Assembly (NCBI GenBank): GCA_000934665.2
Contig: JYFJ02002620.1
Span: 1 to 53,803 of the forward strand
Direction: 5' to 3'
DNA from: Catajapyx aquilonaris
Taxonomy: Eukaryota
Length of the DNA stretch: 53,803 nucleotides
The notes under the pieces were generated by a model, which searched no databases, was not told the DNA's origin, and saw nothing but the letters and a program-made list of their open reading frames with translations. Position numbers and translations under genes: made by a program. Numbering within the stretch: the first letter of the stretch is position 1; each line of letters opens with the position of its first letter. Below are positions 35,849 to 49,589 of the stretch, in pieces.

Positions 35849-36970
35849 GTGTGATTCTCCAAAAACTTACCAATACCATGTCCCAGCATAATAACTCAAA
35901 AATGGCTTGACTGAGAGAGTTGATTTTTTAAACATTTGGAGAAGCAGTTGACACCTAGCCATCCCCATGAAAACAAAGAAAATATTAAATTAAGTTTTAC
36001 TGCAAAAAAATGTCTAAGGGCCTAAAATCACTCTTCTTGGCATGTCCCGATCTCATTTTAAAGCATGCTATATTTTCTCACAATTTTATTATTAACATTA
36101 TACAAGTTTCAATACTATAATTAAATTATACATAGTTGCAGGTATAAAACAACATTTTTAAAACGATTTATTCATTTGACATGACCTTACTGCATCACTC
36201 CAAAGTGTGTCCCGAGTTTTCCCGGAAATAAAAAGTTCACACTCCGGGCTCATTTTTCTATGTCACAAAATAGCTTAAACATTTTGAAATAACTGTGATT
36301 CCATGGCATGAAGGGCCTTCTTGAACCCACAGAAATTTCCAGAGTCAACGTTTGTTCTGGACCGTGATATTAATCCTAATCGATCCTAATGCATCCAAAG
36401 GTCAATTCTTCTGGCTCCCAAACTCCCGGAAATAAAAAGTTCATATTCCTGGCTCATTTTTCTATGTCACAAAATAGTTTAAATGTTTTGAAATAACTCT
36501 GATTACATGGCATGAAGGGTCTTCTTGAACCCACAGAAATGTCCAGAGTCAACGTTCGTTCTTGACCGTGATATTAATCCCAATTCATCCAAAAGTCATT
36601 TTTCTCCCGGAAATAAAAAGTTCACACTCCTGGCTCATTTTTCTATGTCACATAATTTTAGCTTAAATGTTTTGAAATAACTGTGATTCCATGTAATGAA
36701 GGGTCTTCTTGATCCCACCGAAATCTCCATAGACAACGTTTGTTCTGGACCGTGATATTAATCCTATTGCATGCATAGGTCATTCTTCTGGCTCCCGAAC
36801 TCCTGGAAATATTCACTCTCCTGGCATAGAATATCAGAATTAGTTCTCCATATTTTTCCCTGATTTGTGACCTCATATAGAGTAAGTGAGAATTTTTCCA
36901 GATTTTTAAAACAATTTTTGAAATTCATTAATTCTTGCTTTGAAAATGGTAAGTTTTTGGAGAATCACCC
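35849..36970. mobile_element. Non-autonomous DNA transposon with 4-bp TSD (Sola-like)
   Basis: TIR G(G/T)GTGATTCTCCAAAAACTTACCA, TSD ATAT, three ~180-200-bp internal repeats. A reverse-oriented relative lies at about 42720-43230. Confidence 0.8.
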
Positions 36971-37029
36971 ATATAGCGCTGTACATGATAACAATGAAAC
37001 CAGCAATTTTTCTCTACACCGTGATAAGG

Positions 37030-37252
37030 CGGAGCCCTTATAGGGGGGAAGGGGGGTTCCCAAGGGAGGGCACTGTAATTATAGTCATTTCTGACTTTCT
37101 GAAATACACTAGGCCTTTTCTCCTGGCCCTGGGCAGAGTAGGGAGTGCAATTCTGCCCAGGAATGTCTGGTGAAAAGCGAAAAATGACCCGGACAAGCAG
37201 AGGCCTCCCGCTTGGCTAGCCAGTGGCGTACCCACCAGACCACCATGCCTCC
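37030..37252 (-). mobile_element. SINE family D fragment
   Basis: Reverse complement aligns to 50124-50345. Confidence 0.75.
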
Positions 37253-37517
37253 CTGAAATCAGCAATTTTACAAGCAGCATTCATATTTCATTAAATTTGT
37301 TGTATTCGTAGGTTTTGCAAACATACGGCCCATACTAGGTACAATGGAAACAACATTCCGAATATTAGATGTGGCGTAGTTTATTAGTTTGTTCAGGAAA
37401 GCTGAGGCAACTAAGGCAATAAAGCATATGAAGAAGGATGGCAAGACAGGAAACAGAAAGACACAAAAAATTTGACGCATGAAATATAATTATAAAGATG
37501 CAAATTCAAAGGCATAT

Positions 37518-37802
37518 AATAATAATTCATACCCCGTTATCAGCCATCGGCCCTTTAGGGGGGAAGTTTGTTTTGCCTGGAACTCTTTGCTTTTCATTTT
37601 ACTGTGCTCTTTGGGATAGGATAGGGACGGAAGGAAGCGGCTGTGGCCTATTAATTATTACGGACGCAACTCCGAAATTTTCCTGGAAGGACCGTGGGAA
37701 ACCACAGAAAACCACGGTCAGAGTTGCCGGCACCGGGATTCGAACCCAGGACCTCCCGATTAGCAGTCGGACGCCTTATCCACTATGCCAACCTGCTTCG
37801 GT
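37518..37802 (-). mobile_element. Full-length SINE family A
   Basis: Near-identical to 24492-24770; TSD AATTCAA(A/T)GGCATAT. Confidence 0.92.
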
Positions 37803-40800
37803 ACTAATTCAATGGCATATTATTTTATAGTATTTCTAACATTGACACTGCAGTTCAAGATAGCCAAGGCAATATGATATCATTTCTCATATAGTATGCT
37901 GATTTTATTGCATTTTTATTTCATGCAACTTGTTAATATTTGAAAATCATCTTGAAAACATCTTGAAAATATTCCCTCGTTTTATGATTGTTGCCGTAAA
38001 CACCTGAAAAATAGCGTGATATTGCCTGAGCAAACTCTCACGGGATCTCCCAGAAGTCTTGCACCATTTCATAAATAAAGAATACAGTGCGCAGCAGCCC
38101 AAGAAAAATTAATATTGGGAGACTATGACACCGAACTGAAAAAAAGAATCCGCTTAGTTACTCATAACAGTTATACGAATTTGATCAGGCACCGACTACA
38201 CATATTCTGTCACAATGGTAACAGGCGGAAGACGATATGGTTGGGAATGGCAATCAATGATGGAAGGGAAAAGGATGAGGTCACTAGCCCTTTTTGTTCC
38301 CTCCTATTTCCATAGACCCAGCCCTCTCTTGTTGACTAATTTCTTCAGTGAGCAAGTTCCAACTTTCCAGGAAACCACAGCCATGATAAAGGATAGTATA
38401 CGTAATCGGTACTTGTAGGCTTTAATTAGCTGCGAAAATGATGCTAATTTGAGCCACCCCAAGTTGGGGAGGGTGAGAGGTTGCAGTCGGCCTGGAATTT
38501 CCACGCAGAGTCCCCCAAGATGGTTGGCGATAAGGTGGCCTTCGTGTGAACAACTTTATTTTCCAAAGTTGGTAAGGATAGTGAAGAAAGGAGGGGGAAG
38601 AAGGGGGGGTGGAACAATAAGGGTTATTAGAGTGATAGGGAATGCAGGAGAGCGTGATAGCTCTTTGTATCGTATGTGTATAGGGAAACGAAGTTGATGA
38701 CTCACCATTTAAAACTTTTGGTTGCTAGAGTTGCTTGCTACTGCCCCAAAAACATCGTACAATGAGAATGGTGGCAGGACACGAGTAGAAACCAGTTTGT
38801 TTCCAATCAAATCTAAAATTATTTAAAGATGGAAAATGTCCCAAACCAACCGTTCACAGCGTAGTCAATTATGAACGTTCGGATGCTTCTTACACACAAC
38901 AAGCAACCGTACCTTCAGTGTATCTATTTCTACAACAAATGCATTGCACTGGTTAGCTTAGGAGCATATATGACCAATCAGCAGGGGATACATTCGATGT
39001 ACCCGTTCTTATACAGGTTCCAGTCACGCCATTTGACGCTTCTACATTTTTAAATTTAAAGAACTGAAGTACGGAACGATTAGAGTCGCATTTTGGGAAT
39101 AATTCAGCTGGAAATATGATGCACACATATACGTTCTGATATCCTACCTAAGTCTCGGTGTCAAACAGAAAAAAGAGTTTCCCGCAGAAATTCTTGAATA
39201 AAATCGAACCTATAAGAGCTAAAAACCCCTTCATCAAATACTCTCAGCTTGAAATCACTCAAAGAGAAACTGGTCGCTTTGTACTCCGAGGCTTTAATTA
39301 TTTTAAAATTACAAAAATATATGATATTATAATTACAAGTCGACAACTTGCAAAATGATTGGACAATGAATAGGCGAAAAGTATATGAATTGAAATGAAT
39401 TAGGAAAATAATGGAGTCTGCAATAATTGCTCTCCAGATTGGAAAATGATGGTCCCCAGCTATGGGAATGGCAGGGTCAGGAGCCCTGTGGCAGTTCTGG
39501 CATAGAAGAGAGAATATAGTCCCAGAGCCTCCTGGCTCATGAAACATACAGCAGCAGAGGCTTAGATAGCCGGTGAAATCCCACCTGAATTACCCTCAAG
39601 TTATTTACCCGGGCCCGGAAGTTTCATTGCACGGAAATAACCACAATGAGCAGGCAGCTAGGATTCTCTTTGACCTGCTACAAGAGCCACATATTAGAGT
39701 ATATTTGCTATGCATTAAGTTGTGTTTAGTTGAGAGGCATTAAAGTAAACATGTTCACCAAATAAGCTTCCTGAAGCCAGAGATGAAATCGAAGGGAGCA
39801 ATATTTGGGATCATTTTGCAAATCTCGATAGCATCACTTTCTCCTCAACCATATCACTGACACAATTTGTTAAGGGAAAATTTATTTATAAAATAGCTTG
39901 TCCTATGCAATAATATGTTCTGCTGATAAGTTATTATAAATTGATTGAAGTGCTATTGAACAGGATTTTTTAAGCTAGTAATAGCAATCCACTGTATGTA
40001 AATTATGTTAGATGAACTCCTTTCTTTAAAATAATAATGCTATACACCATATTACGAAAATTTAAAATAGCTAAACACAACCATATCCGTATTATTATAG
40101 GGTGGTGGAAAAAGCGCACTTCCTCTCAACCACTGCCTGATGTCATTGTCCTGACATTTGCTTTTATAACAACTGCTTGAAGTATACAGTATAAGATAAC
40201 TTATGTGGTCCTCTCTACATCGTTTAAAGTGTAACTATACAGGGTATAGGCTGTAATTTGGGACAGACTACTAGGGTGTGTAGGGGATGCCTAGAGAAGC
40301 AATTTGAGATTGGGCACTCATGGTCGGAAACCCATCCCAATGGTGCTCCAGGGCCTTCAAAATCCCAGTGTTGTAACAATTGTTCAATTGAACCATGGAA
40401 TCGGAGAACAAGCTAAGTCCACTCCAAAATGACTTGGCACTTATGCCCTTGTCGCTCTCAGCCTCGCTGTACGCCAAACGGAGCCTCTCAGACGCCACCA
40501 AACTCTGGTGGTAGGTGTGCCTGGCGAATCCATGACAATACAACGTGTCACGAATCCGATACGAGTAACGAGTGACGAATGGGAGCTGTGTCTTTGACCC
40601 CCTACCCTCTGGGTACCCCCGTGGACTTAGTCTGTTTTTCGATTCCATGGCGAGTTCGAGGCCACGTTGACTCCTCTGCAAATCACATTGGTTGTCGCAC
40701 CTGGACCAATCTGATGTGGTATTTTTCTTGCGGCCAATGCGTACCTATCCCCGGTGTCACGAAACCGATAGCATAAAAGAGTAACATTCGCCACTTCTAG

Positions 40801-41392
40801 TTTATCTGATCAACCTCCCGGATTTTGATGTCGCCTATAGTACAGTAGATTATTCTATTCTTGCTCCCTGCCGGTTTCCCCGCGAAGCGGGGCCCGCGAA
40901 AAACGAATAGTGGGGAATCGCTACGCTCCCAATGTTAATTTCCCGACTTCATAACTCGCGATCGGGTTAATCGATTTCAAATCGGAAACAAGATTTACAC
41001 TCCGCTCACTACAGTTTCAAACTTTAGATAGATAAACAACAACTAGGGCCATTACCTGGGTCATTATCCAGGGTCAAAGTTCAAAAAAGTGTCGTTACTT
41101 AGACCAGGGTACAGCCTAAACGGTGCGCCGTAGAGGGTCATACAATGCGTCGTTAGAACCGCAATGTTCCCAGGAGGTTCTGCCTACCTTCTTTTGAGAA
41201 AAACCTTTACTCTCTGAGTTACGTGGCGATTTCGATAGTGTCAGTTTTGTGACTCTCGCTCTCTTTCTGCACCACAGAAAAACCCACCATGACCCATGTA
41301 CTCGTCTGAGAGTCGATGCGGAGAGGCTCTTAATAATAATTAAAATACCTAAAATATCTTTACATTACTTTATTCTGATGATGAAAATAATT

Positions 41393-41755
41393 AAATAAAA
41401 ATAGACAGTAAAACTGCCGAAAACTATTCTTCCTCTGGGTCAGATTAAAAGTAAGAAACAAGTCCATAGTTGGGGGTTGGTTCGTGTCATGGGGATGTGT
41501 GATAATCAAATTTAATTCAAAACATTCGTGCTTTGGGGCTGGGAAGAATTAGGCAGATATCGCTTTTATGTACTCCTCCGACTCTCATACTCTGCCTAAT
41601 TCTTCCCAGCCCCAAAGCACGAATGTTTTGAATTAAATTTGATTATCACACATCCCCATGACACGAACCAACCCCCACCTATGGACTTGTTTCTTACTTT
41701 TAATCTCACACAGAGGAAGAATAGTTCTAGGCAGTTTTACTGCCTATTTTTATTT
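41393..41755. repeat. ~360-bp near-perfect hairpin
   Basis: About 165-bp arms around a ~33-bp loop. Confidence 0.9.
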
Positions 41756-44700
41756 GTACAGGCAAAGGTTCACTCTTATGTCAACCGGAGAGTACCATGG
41801 CAATGCTTCTACATGGCAACAGTGACCGTGGCAAAGGGTTTACATGGCAACACAACTACCATAGCAATGCTTCTACATGGCAACAGAGCCACCATGGCAA
41901 TATGCCACAAAACACAACCAAGCAGGCTTCTGTGGAATTAACACCCCATTCATAATTTTAAAATACCAAGTTCAATAGAATAATGGAATGAGATAAACAG
42001 ATGCCCTCAGCACTTTGCATGTAAAATGAAGGAGGCTATCAACACACTCAACCTTAACTACAAATTCTGAAATAGATCTGGTTGGATTTCAGTGCAATTA
42101 TATACCAGGATATGAATCTCATAAGATGTGAAGAGCTGCCTCCATATTCATTAGGAGAAAGTGAAAAAATTACGTCAACCACACATGACACCGTTTCACT
42201 CTGGCTGGAATCCCGAGCTCGACTCGTTGACTGCTTTGCGTGCACCAAAGAAGACCAATATATTCATAGGCCAAAAAGGAGGAGTCAAGTCTAATAGACA
42301 AGTTAGTCCAAGTAGTTCTCACAACCTCTCCACAACTGGATAAAATTCCTATTTCTGCAAATCATTTTCAAGTAAATTCCTAAAATGCCTAACGATCAGA
42401 GTTTCATTGTAATAATTTCCGAATTGAGACCGTGGAAGTTAAGATTGTTTTATTCCTTTTGGAAACCCCTATTTTGAAACATAAAAATAATATACCTATA
42501 ATGCTTTATCCAATACTAGTATGCTGTTTCCCCCTATCTGGTCTCTATATTATGGTATGTTGGTGATTTTCCAAAAAAAACGTACAATTTTCAAGCTAAA
42601 ATTAATGACTTTCAAAACTTCTTTCAGACATCTGAAAAAAATCACACTTACTCTATATGAGGTAATAAAAAAGAGGAACTTTCATACTCTAAAGTGGTTG
42701 AAACTAGTCATTTAAGTTTTAGCCACCAGGAGAGTGACACATGGTGCCAGGAGAGTGAATATTATTGCCAGGGGAGTGACTTTTTGATGTACAGTGTTAT
42801 GCATATCATGGTTCATAACAAATGTTGACTCTGGAAATTTCTGTCAGGTGATGACGTCACCAAATGCCATGGAATCACAGTTATTTCAAAATACTGTCTT
42901 TGATATATGTTAGCCAGGATAGTGAGTGCAAATTGTGATACATAACTAAATTAAAAACTTATTATTTTTAAAACATACTTGGAGCGTACCTCTTGCAAAG
43001 TAGTAGAAAAAGGTGGTGGAGAAACGCAGTGTTGCCAGATAACTGAGTAAAAAATCCCTTTGTTTCACTGCAAATTTTTAGCAAAATCCCTGAGACAGGT
43101 GAGTGACATGAAAACTCGGGACAAACTTAGAAGTGATGCAGCAAGGTCGTGTCAAATGATTAAATTGTTTTTAAAATGTTGTTTTATACTTTCAAACGCT
43201 TTCAAATATGTGCAATAATTGAATTATAGGATGCGGTATGAGTAGGCCTACCATAAACATTCACAACACATGATCGTACAGTATAATACAAGATGTTTCG
43301 CTATAGGTATAGCCCCCCCCCCCCAAAGAATTGACTATAATTTTCTTCCGACTCTACCTCTAGGCGAGAGTTTCCCTTCACCCGGTATACTGTAAATATC
43401 ACTTTTATAGCGTGCAGAAAAGGCCTTGTAATATTTACTGACTTAATAGTCAATATGCAAAAGTCAGAGGATAATTAAACTCTGTAAATAAATTGATAAC
43501 TACTATAAGAATGATGACATTCATCGCAATATAGTCTACTGCTGCTACAAAAATTGAAACTATAATTATTTCCAAAAGTTCTGGCATACCGTACCTTTTT
43601 TGCATTGAGAGTCTCATGACCAAATTGCTAACCACGCGAGCAACCACAATAAAGGTAAATCATTGTTCTGGTAGGAAAGAAAATTGGGCGAGCAGGACAA
43701 AGTCATTTCCAGTTGAATGAACCTCTGGGCCCTTTTAATGCCAAGGACCTTTGTTGAAACCAATTAAGCGTTTGATTCGATGAGGGATTCAATTCTGCTG
43801 GATAAAACGTAATGAACTTGCAGTTCTTAATTCCTTCTCGACAGCCACTTCCTGATGCATTTCCCCTACCGTGTTTCTCTGTGCAACAACAATTGTCCGC
43901 CTATTCGCAAGTCTCTAAGTGGCCCACCGCACAAAAACACTCGCCAGTCCTTTTTGACCCTGACAGAAGTCATCTGGAGCGGTTGAGGCAAAGTGAACCC
44001 AACAGCCATTTTGCCCTTCCGGATGTACAGGCCAAGCCGATGAAGAATTCATGTCCTCTTTATATTACATCATTAGTCACATGACGGAGTGTAAATGGAG
44101 TGCAGAATTAAGCCGGTAATGAAAGAATGAATAATTCAAGAGCATTTGATCAGCGTGGCTCCAATACCTTGTCGTGGACAAAAGAAGGAAGCCTCGTCTG
44201 AGGCCGAGTTAGACAAAAGCCCTCTCCACCGCCTCTCCCAAGCGGTTTTGATTTCCTCCACGTAATTTCATTAGGTGGGGGGAATCAAACAACGTCAAAA
44301 TGAAACAATGGAATTTAGGAGAGGACGTGAAGGTTTTGGAGAGGAAACCGACTGACTGGGGGATGTTGTGTGTTGTTGCTGTGGGTGTGGGTGGGTGGCT
44401 TGCTGCAGTTTGGAGGCTTCTTCCTCAGTCTGATGGCTGCTCCATTGCCGACAAAGGATTTGGCTCCCGCGAGAGTCCATGTCTGGGACCCCTCTTGCAC
44501 AGCCCCTCCATTCATTTCATCAGGGCCCCACGACAATGTCCCTTCTTCTCTAATTATTCTTATTCCATTGCTAAATGGGCCCCAGGGTCCTGTCCCCACC
44601 TGCTGTTGCTACCTTCCAAATTAAATATACTCTTGCCTACATAATATTGTGACCGCAGTACATCTCAAACTTATTTTGCGCCTATCATATGGTAACATTA

Positions 44701-47700
44701 AATGCATATAGTGTTGGTGCAACGTGATATATGAACAGGTGGAAGCAAAAACAATAGCAAAAAAAAATCTAAAAAGTTTGGCACTTACCACTTGGGAGTT
44801 GGTGCGGACACGCCTTGAAAGAAATTAGAATCCTCCCACGTTGATCCCCCTCCCTTTTTGCAGCTGCTCATTACGTGTGAAATATACCAGTAATATTCGG
44901 AGAAGAATGTGTTCCATTACTTGTTGCATCCCCTCCGTTTTCAGCTGGCACTCGCAGCGACTGTAATAATAGAAACAAATGCTTAGAAAACGCCTAGTAT
45001 CCATATAGCACCGGAGAGGTGTACACTGTACTATAGTCAAAAGAGATGCAGACACTTCGCTGGAGGTAAGACAATGCATCTGCGGGTGAGAACAGTTGGA
45101 AAATCTCAACAGCTCATTTTTTCATCATTCTTTTTTATGAAACATGTTCATACACAATATTAATGCAACTTTGTTGAATACACTGTCTTTTACATATCTG
45201 TTAGTTTATCAGTATGTTAGGAACATCCATCTGGTGTTTGATAATATTGTGTACAGATGTTTAGTCGAAAAGTCGTCAAGTTCAAAACCACAAACTGGGA
45301 GGCGAATTTCTGACCAAGATATTTTAATAAACCGTCCTAGAATAATGATCATTGTTGCCAACTATACTGTATTATAAGCCCAAAGCATAACAAAACCTGG
45401 TGACTCTTGTCATAAATTTATTATTTTAGTCACTTCCCAATCAGAGGCGTGTGTCATACACCAAAGTTCCCCTTCGCATTTCCCCCTCTAAAAATTAATG
45501 TGGGAGTCACCAGTAGTTATGTCCCCTGCATATGGTAATATTATTTTAGTCCGGTTCCTGTCTCATCGGAAGAGCCCCTTGGATCGATGCCCTACCATCC
45601 TCTAACCCCCAGCCCCATGGCCCAAGTGAGAAATGAAATCTGCATTGACGAGGCGTCACACTGGGATCCCTGTACGCAAAATCTCTCAAAAGACATCCCT
45701 AATGGTGGCCGAGTTAATCCTGTTGATTAGACCACGGAAAGAGGAGCCAGTCATGGTCAGGTGGCGCTTTCATTACCCTCCGGGTGAATCATACCCTTAG
45801 GATTGCTGCAGAAACTGTAGAGACCATGGGATAAGGAGTTGGTCTCACGAATAATGCCTTTCCGATGAACAGCTTTCTCTCCTTTATTTTTGGTGGGCAC
45901 GCTACACGCTTCCTCTGCGCAGATGACTTTCACTCATCTGGATTATTTTGTTTCGCTTGTAATGCTACTTTACATGTACAGCTTAGCCTACGTGTCATGA
46001 TAGTATAGTACAGTATAATAAACTTATTGAAATATTAGTGTCGAGTATGCCATACTCACCAGCGCTTGATTCTTAATTCAGAACTTTTCGTAAAATAATA
46101 TTGCTTCATTTCCAAAAAAATATAATGCGTGGCTAATGAAACATCACAATAACTCCGAAAGTAACAAAGTATCTTTTGGGAGAGTATCGAATACCGTATC
46201 AGTATAGTATAGTATAGTATCGTAGTGAAACATGGAGTTGGGCAGGAAAAAAGAGCAGAGAAAATAAAGCGAAGCACAGCAGAGCTGGATCCCAAATAAA
46301 TTGATTTTTTTGTATAGGGTGCTCACTAGTAAAACCAACGGCAGTCAGCGTATTCCTTGGCCCAAACCCTTGCCCAAACCACGTCTAAAATGTACGGGTT
46401 ATAAATGACGAGGTAGAAACCATTAATGAGGTAGTGTAAGTTATGCCCCTTATCCCGGTCACTCCACCCGCAACTCACATTTCCCATCATTCCTTCTATA
46501 CCATGCGGGAGCCGCCCCCTACTCTCATTTCCCCCATCAACCCTCGCCTGCATATAAGCGAGGGAAGCAGGACCAGACGGGACTGGCAAGTTTTGGACCC
46601 GGACCGACAGGGTCTCCCCGAGAAGCCAGTCCACATCAAGCAGTCTCCCAAGCAGCCTGCCTACGTGAAGGGCCCCCCTTCAACTCGGACCAGTGAAGGC
46701 CTTACAACAGCCACCTGTACGAGTGGGACCTTCCAAGCTGCCGCGGCAGCTTGGAAGGCCTTACAAAGGAAGTCATCTACGAAGCCCCCTCCAGTACGAG
46801 TGGGACTTCCGGAGCAGCCCGTACCAGTGAAGCCTTCTACGAAGCCCGTACGAAGGAAGTCTTCTATGCAGCCCGTACGAGTGAAGTCTCCCTTACCTCT
46901 TGTGCCTGAGAGGTCTGTGGGACCTTCTGAGCACCCCGTACGTGAGAAGTCTTCGTCGCAGATTGTATATGGATATCCTTCCGAGTAGCCGCGCGCTACA
47001 GTCGCGGAGACCGGAGACCTGCGACCCGCGACCGGCTGCTAGTGTTGTGGCTTCGGAATATCGCATTGAGCTTGTATTTTGACGTGAAAATTAGCAGCAG
47101 AGGTGATGTTTGCACAACACAATAGGCCAAGCAGAATTAGAATATTCAAAAAAAAAATCCCAATTTAGGAGGGTAAAATAAAAGTAGTTAGTTTGATTGT
47201 AAGACTAGTAGCAGTGAAGACAGCTCAACCCATTAGCAGCGATTCAGCTGCTCTTTCCAATGCTACCCAGCCGGGATGCGATCCATTAGCAGAAACCCAG
47301 CTGTCTTCCCGTAGCTGTGACGTCTGGATTCTTCATGAAGTAACCAGCTGCCTTTCCAGTCGCTGTCAAGCTCCTGGATTCTTCAAGCAGCCATCAGCTG
47401 CCTTACGCCAGTAGCCCGTTGGCCCCTGGATCTCTTTATTTTCCCGCTGTGTGGACAGCGCACTCGACTCTATTATTGTTATACAGTAATATTATATCTA
47501 CCAAATTGAATATGATATGGTCCTAAAGCTGAAATTTTCTGGTGTTATTGATGTAAACCCTTCACCTCCTGACACAGACTCCTTATACAGGTATAGACGA
47601 TCAGATACAGTTGCCTACTCCTAGACACATGCGGTAACATACGCGACACTTTCTTGTAGGGTGATCCCCAGACAGGTGGACCTAAAACATTACATTACCC

Positions 47701-47901
47701 GCAAAAATATTTTCCAAATCATAATCGCAATCATAATCCTATCGTGAAGTGGGGTATTCTGACATAAGGGTGAGCCTGAGATTTTAGGCCACGCCATGCC
47801 ACTTCCTCAAAGTCTACAATAAGATAAGTCTAAGATAAGGTTCGCCGTCGTCGAAGGGGTATTGCCTATAATTATTTTGTCTCGCGCTCTACCCCGTGGA
47901 C

Positions 47902-47915
47902 GTCTCCAAGGCGAC
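47902..47915 (+). promoter_or_regulatory. RFX X-box-like motif
   Basis: GTCTCC-AA-GGCGAC about 105 nt upstream of the CFAP20-like ATG. Confidence 0.6.
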
Positions 47916-48020
47916 ATTTTCGAATGTTTACGAGTCATATTGTTGTACAGTATAGTGTTTGGATTTTCGAGCGAAAGACGTGTGGGCTAGTCCGGCTCCG
48001 CACATAGGATCCCTGGGACC

Positions 48021-48116
48021 ATGCAGGCCATGTTCAGAGACGTGATCTATCGCAATACCTTGTTGTCAATCCTGGACAGCACCAAGAGCAAGCCCCTCGA
48101 ATTGTGGTCCAAAAAG
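48021..48116 (+). CDS. CFAP20-like: CFAP20-like gene, coding exon 1 (32 codons; alternative ATG at 48030)
   Basis: MQAMFRDVIYRNTLLSILDSTKSKPLELWSKK followed by donor GTGAGG; aligns to CFAP20 [28 protein letters not shown]. Confidence 0.9.
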
Positions 48117-48731
48117 GTGAGGTTGCTCTTGTTAACTGTTGGTTAGTTGGCGTCGGAACTATAATGGCAACTGCGATTATGCCGGGCTTGTTTGTCGAGG
48201 TTGGTCCTCTGAATCAACGTATGGTTGCCTACAATGCGTGGTTGTAAATGATGCCAAATTACACTTTCGTTATGGCCAGCATACACGGTCATCCTCGCAG
48301 AGGTGACTGCGCTGCGCTGCGCTGGTTCCGTACCGGGTCGTCGTGTAGGATGTTCATTTAATACGTATAATAATATTCTTATTACTGTATATTTTCTGCC
48401 ATTTTGTTATCATCATCTCTATCGTTTTGTTACTTTAACATTGTTTTAATCAGCCGAGTACTTTAAGGCGCATCGATCGCCGGGGGTCTGGAACCGAACT
48501 GCCACATTAATTAGAGAGGTATAGCCTGTACTGTACATGAGGAGTAATCGTGGGTTAACAAGTATTAAATTATATATTAAATAATTATACCGTATTATAT
48601 AAATCAATATAAATTCATTTCTTTCGTGACCATAATCGCAAATGAGGAGCATGTTGTTTTGAAACTGTTATCGTGCTGATCAACATGCAGTTTTCACCAC
48701 GACTAAAAGCATTTCCTTCCGATCCCTGCAG

Positions 48732-48929
48732 GTACATGCCCGGAGGGGGCACATCAAACGCAGAATAGACAATGATCTAGACTCCTTGGTGCTAGAGTTG
48801 ATGTGCATGAAAACAATCACCACCTTCATCCACTGCCCAAGAGACCCGATGGAGAGCCTTTACCTTAGGCAGCCCTACTTGATCATGGTCATCAAGAACC
48901 TCAGGAGGAGCCTAACCTTTGAAATTCAG
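48732..48929 (+). CDS. CFAP20-like: CFAP20-like gene, coding exon 2 (66 codons)
   Basis: CCCTGCAG acceptor, VHARRGHIKRRIDNDLDSLVLEL...VIKNLRRSLTFEIQ, donor GTGAGT, phase 0. Confidence 0.93.
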
Positions 48930-49589
48930 GTGAGTATTTTTGTCATAAATATTTCTGCCGGGAGAATCGTTATGGCTTTTAGGTTTGCATAGAGTGAAAC
49001 CTGTGCTTCAGTGTCGCAGTATCAGTGCCGGTACATTGTTTTAACATTATTTTGAATAAGTTTCTACTGATGACGTGTTAACCCGTTGCAATAGTCAGAT
49101 GACGGGAAGTGCGTTTGCATGGCAATGGCATATGAGGCATTGTTACTCTACATAAAAATAACGAATTTTTGTATTTTATTTAATTTTCCCGAATGATAGC
49201 GAACACTAAGCAATTTTTCGAGTTAGACTAGGAGTGTCCAACATTTTCAGGCCTCCATACTCCTTTGAAGATACCCTGTCAGGATGAACGTCGATTTATA
49301 TTTTTCGTTTTTTGTTTCATTAGCAATATATTGAACCGTTCTTCACACCTTCATTCCTTACTCAAAAGCCCAAATCCGTATCAGCAGTCAACATTTTCCT
49401 TTGTACAAACCACTTACGAGCTGTGCCATGTCCAATATTGCCCGATGTATTTAGGCCCAAAACATTGACAAAATCCAAAGTAAGACTTAAGTCCAGGGGT
49501 ACCTTGCTCCGCACCCCTGGTTGGGAACCACTGACTGTGAGTTAGACAGTGTTTATCACTAGTAACATCTACCTTCCCCCTCTCCACAG

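Noticed and set aside
36140..43230. Single 7-kb element with long TIRs
   Set aside because: 35849-36970 has its own TIRs and TSD, so 42720-43230 is a separate inverted relative.
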